A stretch of DNA of 64,000 bases, taken from NCBI GenBank assembly GCA_017405865.1, contig JAFQZN010000008.1, positions 81,539-145,538 of the forward strand. The letters run 5' to 3'. Positions within the stretch are counted from its first letter, which is position 1. Each line of letters opens with the position of its first letter. This stretch comes from Oscillospiraceae bacterium (GTDB lineage: Bacteria; Bacillota; Clostridia; Oscillospirales; Oscillospiraceae). The position numbers were made by a program, and so were the translations under genes. The notes beneath the pieces were generated by a model. That model was not told where the DNA came from. It saw nothing but the letters and a program-made list of their open reading frames with translations, and did no database searches. Positions 1 through 8,336 of this stretch are shown here, one piece after another.

Positions 1-1100
1 GAGACGATCCAAAGATCGTCCATATGCTCGATCGTCAAAGCGTCAGCCACTCCAGCTTCAGCAAGTGGCTTGATGTATTCCGGCTCGTAGACGGTGACGG
101 GCGGCAGCTCCTTGAGCTTCTCCGCGATCTTTTGAACGAGCTGTCTCGTCCCCTGCGTCGTTGCGGCGGAGATCTCATAGAACGGATAACCGCGCCGTTC
201 GACGTATTCGCGCAGGCGTTCCAGATTGTCGCTTCCCTCGGGGATCAGGTCGCACTTGTTAGCGGCGACGATCATCGGGCGGGACGCAAGCTCGGAAGAG
301 TAATTCGCAAGCTCCTCGTTGATCTTTTCAAAGTCCTCGATGGGATCGCGGTCCTCGCTGCCGGATACGTCGACGATGTGCACCAGCAGCCGGCAGCGGT
401 CGATATGCCGCAGGAAGTCGTGCCCGAGACCCGCACCCTCTGCAGCGCCCTCGATGATGCCGGGAATATCCGCCATGACGAAGGAAACGCCGTCGTCGAC
501 GTAGATCACGCCGAGATTGGGATACAGGGTCGTAAAATGATAATTGGCGATCTTCGGATGGGCGTTGGAGGTCACGGAAAGCAAGGTCGATTTGCCGACG
601 TTCGGGAAGCCGACCAGTCCGACGTCTGCCAGCAGCTTCAATTCCAGAACGACCTCATGCTCCTCGCCGGGGAGACCTGCCTTTGCGAAGCGCGGCACCT
701 GCCGGGTCGGCGTGGCGAAATGCTTGTTACCCCAGCCGCCTCTGCCGCCCTTGCAGAGGATGAAGTCCTCGCTGTCGGACATGTCCTTGATGATCTCGTT
801 CGTTTCCGCGTCACGGACGACCGTACCGCGCGGGATCTGGATGACGAGATCCTCGCCGCGCTTGCCGCTGCAGCGGGCGCCCTGCCCGTCCTGTCCGTTC
901 GGCGCGACGTATTTGCGCTTGAAACGGAAGTCCATCAGCGTGGAGAGATTATCGTTGACGCGCAGGACGATATTGCCGCCCTTTCCACCGTCGCCGCCGT
1001 CAGGCCCTCCTGCCGCGACGTATTTTTCCCGATGAAACGCGACCGCGCCGTTACCGCCGTTTCCCGCCTTGACGAAGATTTTCACTTTATCTACAAACAT
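1..1100 (-). CDS. obgE: GTPase ObgE/CgtA, 3' end runs off the window (absent from the ORF track)
   Basis: Reverse strand from ATG at 1100 reads MFVDKVKIFVKAGNGGNGAVAFHREKYVAAGGPDGGDGGKGG, later LADVGLVGFPNVGKST; RBS GGAAGGAG upstream; standard position after rpmA. Confidence 0.97.
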   Translation of the reverse strand, partial: MFVDKVKIFVKAGNGGNGAVAFHREKYVAAGGPDGGDGGKGGNIVLRVNDNLSTLMDFRFKRKYVAPNGQDGQGARCSGKRGEDLVIQIPRGTVVRDAETNEIIKDMSDSEDFILCKGGRGGWGNKHFATPTRQVPRFAKAGLPGEEHEVVLELKLLADVGLVGFPNVGKSTLLSVTSNAHPKIANYHFTTLYPNLGVIYVDDGVSFVMADIPGIIEGAAEGAGLGHDFLRHIDRCRLLVHIVDVSGSEDRDPIEDFEKINEELANYSSELASRPMIVAANKCDLIPEGSDNLERLREYVERRGYPFYEISAATTQGTRQLVQKIAEKLKELPPVTVYEPEYIKPLAEAGVADALTIEHMDDLWIV

Positions 1101-1119
1101 TCACAATCTCTCCTTCCTC

Positions 1120-1154
1120 AAAAAAATCCCGAACATAATGATATGTTCGGGATT
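1120..1154 (-). terminator. Intrinsic terminator between rpmA and obgE
   Basis: 13-bp perfect stem AATCCCGAACATA/TATGTTCGGGATT followed by a U-tract on the minus strand. Confidence 0.75.
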
Positions 1155-1165
1155 CCTTATGCATC

Positions 1166-1450
1166 TTACTGCTCTACCGGGTAGACAGAGCACATTTTGC
1201 GATCCTTGCCCATGCGCTCGAACTTGACGTGACCGTCGATCTTTGCAAACAGGGTGTCGTCGCTGCCGATACCGACATTGGTACCCGGATGGATGTGCGT
1301 GCCTCTCTGGCGAACCAGAATGTTGCCCGCGAGAACGAACTGGCCGTCCGCGCGCTTCACGCCCAATCTCTTGGACTCGGAATCACGGCCGTTCTTCGTG
1401 GAACCGCCGCCCTTCTTATGAGCGAAGAACTGAAAACCGATTTTCAGCAT
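1166..1450 (-). CDS. rpmA: 50S ribosomal protein L27 with Prp-cleavable N-terminal extension
   Basis: [32 protein letters not shown]; the extension ending QFF/A is the Firmicute Prp cleavage site. Confidence 0.99.
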   Translation of the reverse strand: MLKIGFQFFAHKKGGGSTKNGRDSESKRLGVKRADGQFVLAGNILVRQRGTHIHPGTNVGIGSDDTLFAKIDGHVKFERMGKDRKMCSVYPVEQ

Positions 1451-1453
1451 GTG

Positions 1454-1777
1454 TTACACCTCCATAACTTCGATATAATCAGGATAATCATCCCGCAGGG
1501 AGCACATCGTCAGCATAAAGCCGGTCAGCACTGCCTGAACTGCGTCCTCATCGTCGCAAACTGCGGGAAGCGTGAGGGTGATGCGGGGCTCATCTTCAAT
1601 GACCTTCGTGTTGGCATGGTTGCCGAGCACGTCATTGATCGTACACTCTGCGAATTTCACCGCGGAAGAAACGGCCGCGCAAACGATGTCGCTGCCATCT
1701 TCGGCGTATCCGCTGTGCCCCGATACGGCAAAACCGTTGATTCTGCCGTCACGATTGAAAATTTCTACTTTCGTCAT
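1454..1777 (-). CDS. prp: Ribosomal-processing cysteine protease Prp
   Basis: SGHSGYA...DIVCAAVSS catalytic His/Cys motifs; lies between rplU and rpmA. Confidence 0.95.
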   Translation of the reverse strand: MTKVEIFNRDGRINGFAVSGHSGYAEDGSDIVCAAVSSAVKFAECTINDVLGNHANTKVIEDEPRITLTLPAVCDDEDAVQAVLTGFMLTMCSLRDDYPDYIEVMEV

Positions 1778-1785
1778 AATGCAAA

Positions 1786-2097
1786 TTAACCGACGATCTT
1801 CTCAATCTGCACCTTTGTGTACGGCTGTCTGTGACCGCGGATGGACTTGGAGTCCTTCTTCGGACGGTACTTGAAGACAACGATCTTCTTGGACTTGCCT
1901 TCCTTCAGCACCTTTGCTTCGACAGAAGCGCCTGCGACCACGGGAGCGCCGAACTTGGAGTTCTCGCCGTCCACGATAGCCAGGACCTGATCGAAGGTTA
2001 CGGTAGTGTCTGCCTCAACGCCGAGCTTTTCGACGAAAATGACGTCGCCTTCCTTGACGTTATACTGCTTACCACCGGTAACGATAACTGCCTGCAT
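1786..2097 (-). CDS. rplU: 50S ribosomal protein L21
   Basis: [17 protein letters not shown]...[14 protein letters not shown]; ATG at 2097 chosen from RBS AAAGGTAGGTG. Confidence 0.99.
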   Translation of the reverse strand: MQAVIVTGGKQYNVKEGDVIFVEKLGVEADTTVTFDQVLAIVDGENSKFGAPVVAGASVEAKVLKEGKSKKIVVFKYRPKKDSKSIRGHRQPYTKVQIEKIVG

Positions 2098-2106
2098 GCT
2101 TTGCAC

Positions 2107-2178
2107 CTACCTTTTCTGTAGTCTCGCTCTGGAGGTGTGAGGGCTGCCCTCAACTTCGACCTCTTCAATGCGGCTTGT
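2107..2178 (-). ncRNA. L21 leader-like cis-regulatory RNA (ribosomal protein autoregulation)
   Basis: 5' UTR of rplU reads AGCCGCA...GAGGGCAGCCCTC...AGCGAG, resembling the CCGCA...GCGAG pattern of Firmicute L21 leaders; recognised from memory, no covariance model run. Confidence 0.6.
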
Positions 2179-2180
2179 CT

Positions 2181-2209
2181 ATTCTAACACCCGGATTTGC
2201 AAATGTCAA
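2181..2209 (-). promoter_or_regulatory. sigmaA promoter of rplU-prp-rpmA
   Basis: TTGACA-17-TAGAAT with extended -10 TG. Confidence 0.85.
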
Positions 2210-2216
2210 ATAGTAT

Positions 2217-2245
2217 TTGACACTTTTTTTAATATTTGCTATACT
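2217..2245 (+). promoter_or_regulatory. sigmaA promoter of apbE
   Basis: TTGACA-17-TATACT. Confidence 0.8.
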
Positions 2246-2278
2246 TTTTTTGTAATTTTTACGGAAATCGGTGATACG

Positions 2279-3265
2279 ATGAAAAAAACGCTTGCCCTTT
2301 CTCTGCTGATCTCGGTGCTTCTGTGCGGGTGTGCGGTAAATGCGCCGGTCGAGCGGGAAATCTTTGCGATGGATACCGTGATGATGCTCCGCGTCTGGGG
2401 GAATGAATCTGACGCTGCCGCAGCGGTCGCGGAGATCAACCGTCTGGATGCCCTGCTCTCCGTAACGAACGAAAACAGCGAGATTTTCGCGCTGAACCGT
2501 GACGGAGAAGCGGAATTAAGTATGGAAACTTACGACCTCCTTGTAAAAGCGGTCGCAGTCAGCAGACGCACGGAGGGGGCCTTCGATCCGACCGTCTATC
2601 CGCTCGTGGAGGCGTGGGGCTTTACGCACGATGCACAGGCAGTTCCCGCGCAGGACGAAATCAACGAGGCGCTTGCGCTGGTCGGCTATGAACAGCTCGA
2701 AAATCATTTGGACGTTACCTGTCTTTCCATAGACGGCATGCTTGACTTCGGCGGTATCGCAAAGGGCTATACTGCCCGGAAGGTCGTTGACCTGTTGCAA
2801 GAGCGCGGCGTCGATACTGCCTTTCTCAACCTCGGCGGCAACGTGCAGACCCTGGGCAGCAAGCCGGACGGCGAAGCGTGGACCGTCGGGATCGCAGATC
2901 CTGAAAATCCCTCGCAGGCGATCGGCTGCCTTCGTTTTACAGGCTCTCTTGCGCTCGTGACCTCCGGCGGCTATCAGAGATACTTTGAAGAAAACGGTGT
3001 ACGCTACCACCACATTCTTGACCCGAAAACGGGCTATCCTGCGCAGAGCGGGCTTGCCTCCGTGACCGTGCTTGCGAAGGACGGTGCGCTGGCGGACGGA
3101 CTATCCACTGCACTTTTCGTAATGGGAATGGAAGAAGCGTCCGCACTCTGGCGCGCAAGCGACGATTTTGAAGTAGTATTCATTACGCAGGACGGCATTA
3201 TCTTCGCGACCGAGGGTGCAGCTTCCCTGCTGACGGACTGCGAGTTTACGGTGATCAAACGATGA
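2279..3265 (+). CDS. apbE: FAD:protein FMN transferase lipoprotein (ApbE family)
   Basis: Lipobox LLCGC; AMDT, FDPTV, LDFGGIAKGY, LNLGGN, TSGGYQRYF, HHILDPKTGYP, ADGLSTALF motifs. Confidence 0.95.
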   Translation: MKKTLALSLLISVLLCGCAVNAPVEREIFAMDTVMMLRVWGNESDAAAAVAEINRLDALLSVTNENSEIFALNRDGEAELSMETYDLLVKAVAVSRRTEGAFDPTVYPLVEAWGFTHDAQAVPAQDEINEALALVGYEQLENHLDVTCLSIDGMLDFGGIAKGYTARKVVDLLQERGVDTAFLNLGGNVQTLGSKPDGEAWTVGIADPENPSQAIGCLRFTGSLALVTSGGYQRYFEENGVRYHHILDPKTGYPAQSGLASVTVLAKDGALADGLSTALFVMGMEEASALWRASDDFEVVFITQDGIIFATEGAASLLTDCEFTVIKR

Positions 3266-3618
3266 AGACACGGACTTGGATTTTGCTCTTTTCTGCACTT
3301 GCGGCAGTGTGCCTGCTCTGCACCTTTCTTATCCTTAACGATGCTTCGACCGGCGGGACGGCAACGGTGCGATCAGACGGCGTAACGGTTATGACCCTCG
3401 ACCTCTCCAAGGACGGCGAATACCGGATCGCGTCGGACTACGGCATGAATACGCTCCGTGTCGAGAACGGCAAGGTATCGGTCATTTCCGCCGACTGCCC
3501 CTCGCAGGACTGCGTGCATCACGCGCCCGCCTCTTCCGGCGCGCCGATCGTCTGCCTGCCAAACCGGCTGGTCATTACATTTTCAACAGCGCAGGAATAC
3601 GACGCGATTATAGGATAA
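3262..3618 (+). CDS. NusG domain II-like membrane-anchored protein (Lin0431 type)
   Basis: N-terminal TM helix; ADCPSQDCV and PIVCLPNRLVI motifs; 4-nt overlap with apbE. Confidence 0.8.
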   Translation: MKTRTWILLFSALAAVCLLCTFLILNDASTGGTATVRSDGVTVMTLDLSKDGEYRIASDYGMNTLRVENGKVSVISADCPSQDCVHHAPASSGAPIVCLPNRLVITFSTAQEYDAIIG

Positions 3619-3619
3619 A

Positions 3620-3646
3620 GTCAGGAGGCAAACAATGCCTCCTGAC
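3620..3646. terminator. Hairpin terminator between convergent genes
   Basis: 11-bp perfect stem GTCAGGAGGCA/TGCCTCCTGAC. Confidence 0.7.
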
Positions 3647-3648
3647 CT

Positions 3649-4077
3649 TTAATAGGTACGGATATTACTCGTAATCTCATTGAACGCCTGCGCAGCCTGA
3701 CGGCTGCTTTCCGGCTGCTTGGAAAGATCGGACAGCGATACCATGCCGACGACGCGACTGTTGTCCTGCACCGGCAGCCTGCGGATCTTCTCCCTCGCCA
3801 TCAGCGCGGACGCCTCGTCGACACTCTGCTGCGAGCCGACGGAAAAGACCCTGCGGGTCATAATGTCCGACACCTTCACGGTGAGCGGATCCTCCTCCGC
3901 AGCAACGCACCGCAGCACGATATCCCGATCTGTTACCATCCCGCGCAGCTTTCCCTCCTTCGTACACACCGGCAGCGCTCCGATGTTATAATGCGAGAGC
4001 AGTCTTGCCGCGACTGCGGCGTTTTCGTCCGGCGAAACGCTGATAATCCGCCTGCTCATAACTTCTTGAACCTTCAT
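3649..4077 (-). CDS. Tandem CBS-domain protein (YlbB/YhcV-like, probably forespore-expressed)
   Basis: Two CBS repeats (VMSRRIISVSP..IGALPV..GMVTDRDIV; IMTRRVFSV..IRRLPV..VVGMVSLSD); RBS AGGAGG; GTG start. Confidence 0.85.
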   Translation of the reverse strand: MKVQEVMSRRIISVSPDENAAVAARLLSHYNIGALPVCTKEGKLRGMVTDRDIVLRCVAAEEDPLTVKVSDIMTRRVFSVGSQQSVDEASALMAREKIRRLPVQDNSRVVGMVSLSDLSKQPESSRQAAQAFNEITSNIRTY

Positions 4078-4138
4078 AACTACCTCCTAAAATTTTCGCC
4101 TCTGCCGAACAAAGCCGGCAGAGGCGTTTGTCATTTGG

Positions 4139-4168
4139 AAGTATGGGAAAGTATTGGGTTTTCTATAC
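4139..4168 (-). promoter_or_regulatory. sigmaG-type promoter of the CBS gene
   Basis: GTATA-18-CATACTT versus consensus GHATA-18-CATACTA. Confidence 0.65.
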
Positions 4169-4170
4169 CG

Positions 4171-5553
4171 TTACTTGTGAAAACTTGCGTCGATTGCAGC
4201 CGCAGCCTTTCTTCCCGCGCCCATGGCAAGGATGACGGTCGCAGCGCCGGTCACGGCGTCTCCACCGGCATAGACACCCTCGCGTGTCGTCAAATTGTCC
4301 TCGTTGACGATCAGGCAGCCTTTCTTATTTGTTTCCAGACCGGGCGTCGTCGAACGGATCAGCGGATTGGGAGAGGTGCCGAGCGCCATAATGACGGTGT
4401 CGACCGACAGCTCAAACTCGCTGCCCGGGATTGCAATGGGACTGCGTCTGCCGGAGGCGTCAGGCTCGCCCAGCTCCATGCGGACGCACTGCATTGAGCC
4501 GACGCGGCCTGCGCCGTCTTCCAGAATCCTGACTGGATTGGTGAGCGTGAGGAATTCGATCCCCTCCTCCTTCGCGTGGAGCTGTTCTTCCAGCCGGGCG
4601 GGCATTTCCTTCTCGCTGCGGCGGTAGACGATATAGACGTGCTCCGCGCCGAGACGCTTCGCGCAGCGGGCGGCGTCCATTGCCACGTTGCCGCCGCCGA
4701 CCACGGCGACTGCGTTGGAGACAATGATGGGCGTATCGCTGCCGCGATTGTACGCCTTCATCAGATTGATCCTTGTCAGATATTCGTTCGCGGACAGAAC
4801 GCCCTTGAACGCCTCGCCCTCAATGTGCATGAACATAGGCAGGCCTGCACCCGAGCCGACGAAAACTGCACGGAAGCCCAGCTCAAACAGCTCGTCAATC
4901 GACAGCACCTTACCGATGACCATGTTTGTCATGACTTGTACGCCCATGGCCTTCAGCTTTTCGATCTCGTTTGCAACGAGCGTCTTCGGCAGACGGAATT
5001 CGGGAATGCCGTAGACCAGCACACCGCCTGCGGTATGTAAAGCCTCAAAGATACTGACCTCATAGCCCTTTTTTGCAAGCTCGCTTGCGCAGGTCAGACC
5101 GGACGGCCCGGAGCCGACCACGGCGACCTTAATGCCGTTCGATTCCGGCTTTTCTGGCATTTTGTTGACGTTCTCGCGGTACCAGTCCGCAACGAAGCGC
5201 TCCAAACGGCCGATCGCGACCGGTTCGCCCTTTGCGCCGCGAACGCACTTGCTTTCGCACTGCCGCTCCTGCGGGCAGACTCTGCCGGACAGCGCGGGCA
5301 GCGCGTTGGTCGAGGTGATGATCTCATAAGCCGCAAGGAAATCTCCTTCCGCGACCTTGGCGATAAATTCGGGAATACGGATGCTCACAGGGCAGGCGGT
5401 TACGCACTGCGGGTTTTTGCAATGCAGGCAGCGCTGCGCTTCGTTGACCGCCATTTCCGCTGTGTACCCTAACGTAACCTCCTTGAAATTACGGTTGCGG
5501 ACGTTCGGCGCCTGCTCCGGCATGGGAGTTTTGTTCATCTGCATATTCGGCAT
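4171..5553 (-). CDS. nfnB: NfnB/SudA-type large subunit (often annotated homotetrameric glutamate synthase)
   Basis: RCLHCKNPQCVTACPV and GRVCPQERQCESKC Fe-S motifs, two Rossmann motifs (GSGPSG, GGGNVA), YRR; paired with nfnA, no gltB nearby. Confidence 0.85.
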   Translation of the reverse strand: MPNMQMNKTPMPEQAPNVRNRNFKEVTLGYTAEMAVNEAQRCLHCKNPQCVTACPVSIRIPEFIAKVAEGDFLAAYEIITSTNALPALSGRVCPQERQCESKCVRGAKGEPVAIGRLERFVADWYRENVNKMPEKPESNGIKVAVVGSGPSGLTCASELAKKGYEVSIFEALHTAGGVLVYGIPEFRLPKTLVANEIEKLKAMGVQVMTNMVIGKVLSIDELFELGFRAVFVGSGAGLPMFMHIEGEAFKGVLSANEYLTRINLMKAYNRGSDTPIIVSNAVAVVGGGNVAMDAARCAKRLGAEHVYIVYRRSEKEMPARLEEQLHAKEEGIEFLTLTNPVRILEDGAGRVGSMQCVRMELGEPDASGRRSPIAIPGSEFELSVDTVIMALGTSPNPLIRSTTPGLETNKKGCLIVNEDNLTTREGVYAGGDAVTGAATVILAMGAGRKAAAAIDASFHK

Positions 5554-5567
5554 GGTGGTTCCTCCCT

Positions 5568-6422
5568 TCATCGGATCAGTGCTTTGCCGAGCGATTCGAT
5601 TCGGCACATATGTTCTCTTTCATCCTGGGCTTCCTGATCGCGGTAGGCGCTGTTACGGTTCATCAGCTCCGCAAAATCGACCTTGTGCCCGTCGAAATCC
5701 GGCCCCTCGACGCAGGCAAAGTGTACCGCGCCGTCGACCGTGACGCGGCAGCCGCCGCACATGCCCGTCCCGTCAATCATGATCGGATTGAGCGAGACGA
5801 CCGTCTTTATTCCGAAGGGCTTTGTCGTTTTGGCGACGAATCGCATCATTGGGATCGGGCCGATGGCAAGCACCTCGTCATAGTGGTTTCCCGCGTCCAG
5901 AAGCTGCTGCAGCTTGGCCGTGACAAAGCCTTGCTCGCCGTAGGTGCCGTCGTCCGTCATCACGTACAGGTGATCGCTGCAGGCGAGGAACTCGTCCTCT
6001 AGAATCACGATGTCCCTACTGCGGAAGCCGACGATAACGTCGACCTCGCAGCCCGCATCTTTGAAAGCCTGCGCAGAGGGCAGCGCGATGGCGCAGCCGA
6101 CGCCGCCGCCGATGACGCAAACCCGCTTGAGCCCCGCCGTTTCCGTCGGTCTTCCGAGCGGACCGACAAAATCGAGGATCGAATCACCCTCGTTCAGCTC
6201 GCCGAGCAGCTTGGTCGTCAGACCGACCTTTTGGAAAATCACGGTGACTGTCCCCTTCTCGCGGTCGTAGCCCGCAATCGTCAGCGGAACGCGTTCGCCG
6301 TATTCATCCACCCGGAAGATGATAAACTGGCCTGCTTTTGCCTTCTTTGCAACAAAAGGCGCTTCGATCTCCATTAACGTGATAGCGGAGTTGAGCTCTT
6401 TCTTTCTAACGATCTTGAACAT
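5568..6422 (-). CDS. nfnA: NfnA/SudB-type small subunit (FAD, [2Fe-2S])
   Basis: GQFIIFR, ERVPLTI, GPLG, GGGVG, DGTGMCGGCRV...FACVEGP. Confidence 0.85.
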   Translation of the reverse strand: MFKIVRKKELNSAITLMEIEAPFVAKKAKAGQFIIFRVDEYGERVPLTIAGYDREKGTVTVIFQKVGLTTKLLGELNEGDSILDFVGPLGRPTETAGLKRVCVIGGGVGCAIALPSAQAFKDAGCEVDVIVGFRSRDIVILEDEFLACSDHLYVMTDDGTYGEQGFVTAKLQQLLDAGNHYDEVLAIGPIPMMRFVAKTTKPFGIKTVVSLNPIMIDGTGMCGGCRVTVDGAVHFACVEGPDFDGHKVDFAELMNRNSAYRDQEAQDEREHMCRIESLGKALIR

Positions 6423-6497
6423 AAGCATCCACCTTTCCAAGTGATATTCTGAATGGATTATAACACAGTTTCGGGTAAACTCAATCTGTTTTCCATT

Positions 6498-7391
6498 TTA
6501 TAACAGCGTTTTTACGGTGATCGGTTCTTTTCCGATCTTATTCCATGAAAAAACTTCGATCAGTTCGGCAGCTTTGACAGGAACAGGCTTCGCAATCAGC
6601 CCTGCGAGGCAGGCAAGATAGCCGATCAGCGTCTCCGGCTGGAAGCGTCCGCGCAGATGCGACATATCCAGACTTTTTTCACGCTTGCTCAAGCGTTTGC
6701 CGTCCGGCGCAACCAGAAGAGGCACGTGATAAAACTGCGGCACGGGCAAGCCAAGCGTCTCATACAGCCAGATTTGGCGCGGCGTGGAGTCCATAAGATC
6801 ACAGCCGCGCACAACCTCCGTCAAGCCGCCGTCGGCGTCGTCGCAGACCACGGCAAGCTGGTAGGCGTATACGCCGTCTGAGCGGCGAACGATGAAGTCT
6901 CCGCATTCTTCCGCGAGGTTTTCACGCTGTAATCCGAAGACGCCGTCCGTGAACGTGATGGTACGATCCGGTACGCGGACACGCCACGCGGGATTTCTCG
7001 TTTTTGTCTTGCGCTCCTCCTCGCTGAGATCACGGCAGGTGCCTGCGTAGATCAGCTTTCCGTCCGACATATGAGGCGCCGAAGCGACGTGCAGCTCGCT
7101 GCGGCTGCAGTAGCACGGATAGGTCGGAAGGCGATCGAACGCCTCTGCGTAGCGTTCGCTGCGCGTACTCTGCAGCGGCATTTCTTCATCCCACCACAGG
7201 CCGAGCCACGAAAGATCGTCGCGCAGCGCGTCGATATATTCCTGCTTGCTGCGGTCGGGGTCGAGATCCTCAATCCGCAGCAGCATTTTTCCACCCTTTG
7301 CGCGGACGGAAAGCCACGCAAGAAGCGCGGTAAAAAGATTGCCCAAATGCATTCGTCCCGACGGGCTGGGCGCAAAACGTCCGATCGTCAT
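6498..7391 (-). CDS. gluQ: Glutamyl-Q tRNA(Asp) synthetase
   Basis: RFAPSPSGRMHLGN, LRIEDLD, YPCYCS..YAGTCR Zn motif, GDFIVRRSDG, YQLAVVCDD, RLSKR; 297 aa with no anticodon-binding domain. Confidence 0.9.
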   Translation of the reverse strand: MTIGRFAPSPSGRMHLGNLFTALLAWLSVRAKGGKMLLRIEDLDPDRSKQEYIDALRDDLSWLGLWWDEEMPLQSTRSERYAEAFDRLPTYPCYCSRSELHVASAPHMSDGKLIYAGTCRDLSEEERKTKTRNPAWRVRVPDRTITFTDGVFGLQRENLAEECGDFIVRRSDGVYAYQLAVVCDDADGGLTEVVRGCDLMDSTPRQIWLYETLGLPVPQFYHVPLLVAPDGKRLSKREKSLDMSHLRGRFQPETLIGYLACLAGLIAKPVPVKAAELIEVFSWNKIGKEPITVKTLL

Positions 7392-8320
7392 GGCAGTCTC
7401 ACCGCATTTCGCAGGGGCTTACCAGCCAGATAGTTTTGTAAATTCTCACGGCAGATTGCCCAGATGCTCTCTTCTGTCTCCGGCAGGTGACCGAAGCTCA
7501 CGCCGGCAATGTGCGGCGTCAGAATCACGTTCGGCATTGTCCAAAGCGGATGCTCCGGCGGCAGTGGCTCCGGCTCGGTCACGTCCAGACCGACGCCGAA
7601 AAATTTCCCCTCATTTAAGAGATTCGTTAGACAGTTCAGGTCAATCAGGCTGCCTCTGCCGACGTTGATCAGAACAGAATCGTTTTTGCACAGAGTGAGA
7701 CGAGTCTCGTCAAAAAACTGCTCTGTTTCCGCATTGGAAGGAAGCGCGCAGAGAATGAAGTCCGCCTCGGGTAGAAAGGCGTCGGCGCAGAATAAGGTTG
7801 TGAGCGCCTCGAAGTACGTTCTCGGCTGCCGCGCCGCACGGCATACGCCGACTGTATGGACGCCGAGCGCCTTCAGTCGCTTGGCGATCTCCGTGCCGAT
7901 ATTTCCGCAGCCGAAGATCAGAGCGGTACTGCCCGCGATCCGTTTTTCGCGGCCGAGATCCTGCCACGTTCCTGCTTTTTGATATGCAGACAGTCTGCGG
8001 CAGAGAGAAAACAGCATGGCAAGGGCGTGCTCGGCGATCGTCTCCCCAAAGGCGCCGGTCGCGGTGGTCAGCAGAACGCCCTTCGGAAAGCCGCCGCGCA
8101 GATAGCGGTCGGCACCCGCCCAGGTCATCTGCACCCATTTCAGCTTTTTTGCGGCAGACAGCTCGAAAAGGCTCGGTTCGCCGATCACGACCTCCGCATC
8201 CGCGATCTCGCGCATCCGCAGTGCCGCGTCAGCGTCCTGCGGCAGGGCGAGGACTTCAAATTCGTCCGTCAGGTGCGGCACGTTCGTTCCGCAATCAGAC
8301 AGAATCAGCAGTTTTCGCAT
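7388..8320 (-). CDS. D-2-hydroxyacid dehydrogenase family protein
   Basis: GCGNIG Rossmann motif, NVGRG, LDV..EP, TPHIAG. Confidence 0.9.
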   Translation of the reverse strand: MRKLLILSDCGTNVPHLTDEFEVLALPQDADAALRMREIADAEVVIGEPSLFELSAAKKLKWVQMTWAGADRYLRGGFPKGVLLTTATGAFGETIAEHALAMLFSLCRRLSAYQKAGTWQDLGREKRIAGSTALIFGCGNIGTEIAKRLKALGVHTVGVCRAARQPRTYFEALTTLFCADAFLPEADFILCALPSNAETEQFFDETRLTLCKNDSVLINVGRGSLIDLNCLTNLLNEGKFFGVGLDVTEPEPLPPEHPLWTMPNVILTPHIAGVSFGHLPETEESIWAICRENLQNYLAGKPLRNAVRLP

Positions 8321-8336
8321 AGGGAACCTCCGGAAG

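Noticed and set aside
24-1184. 386-aa plus-strand ORF
   Set aside because: Antisense shadow of obgE; no motifs.
6423-6497. Rex operator expected upstream of nfnAB
   Set aside because: No TTGTGAA-N4-TTCACAA-like site found.
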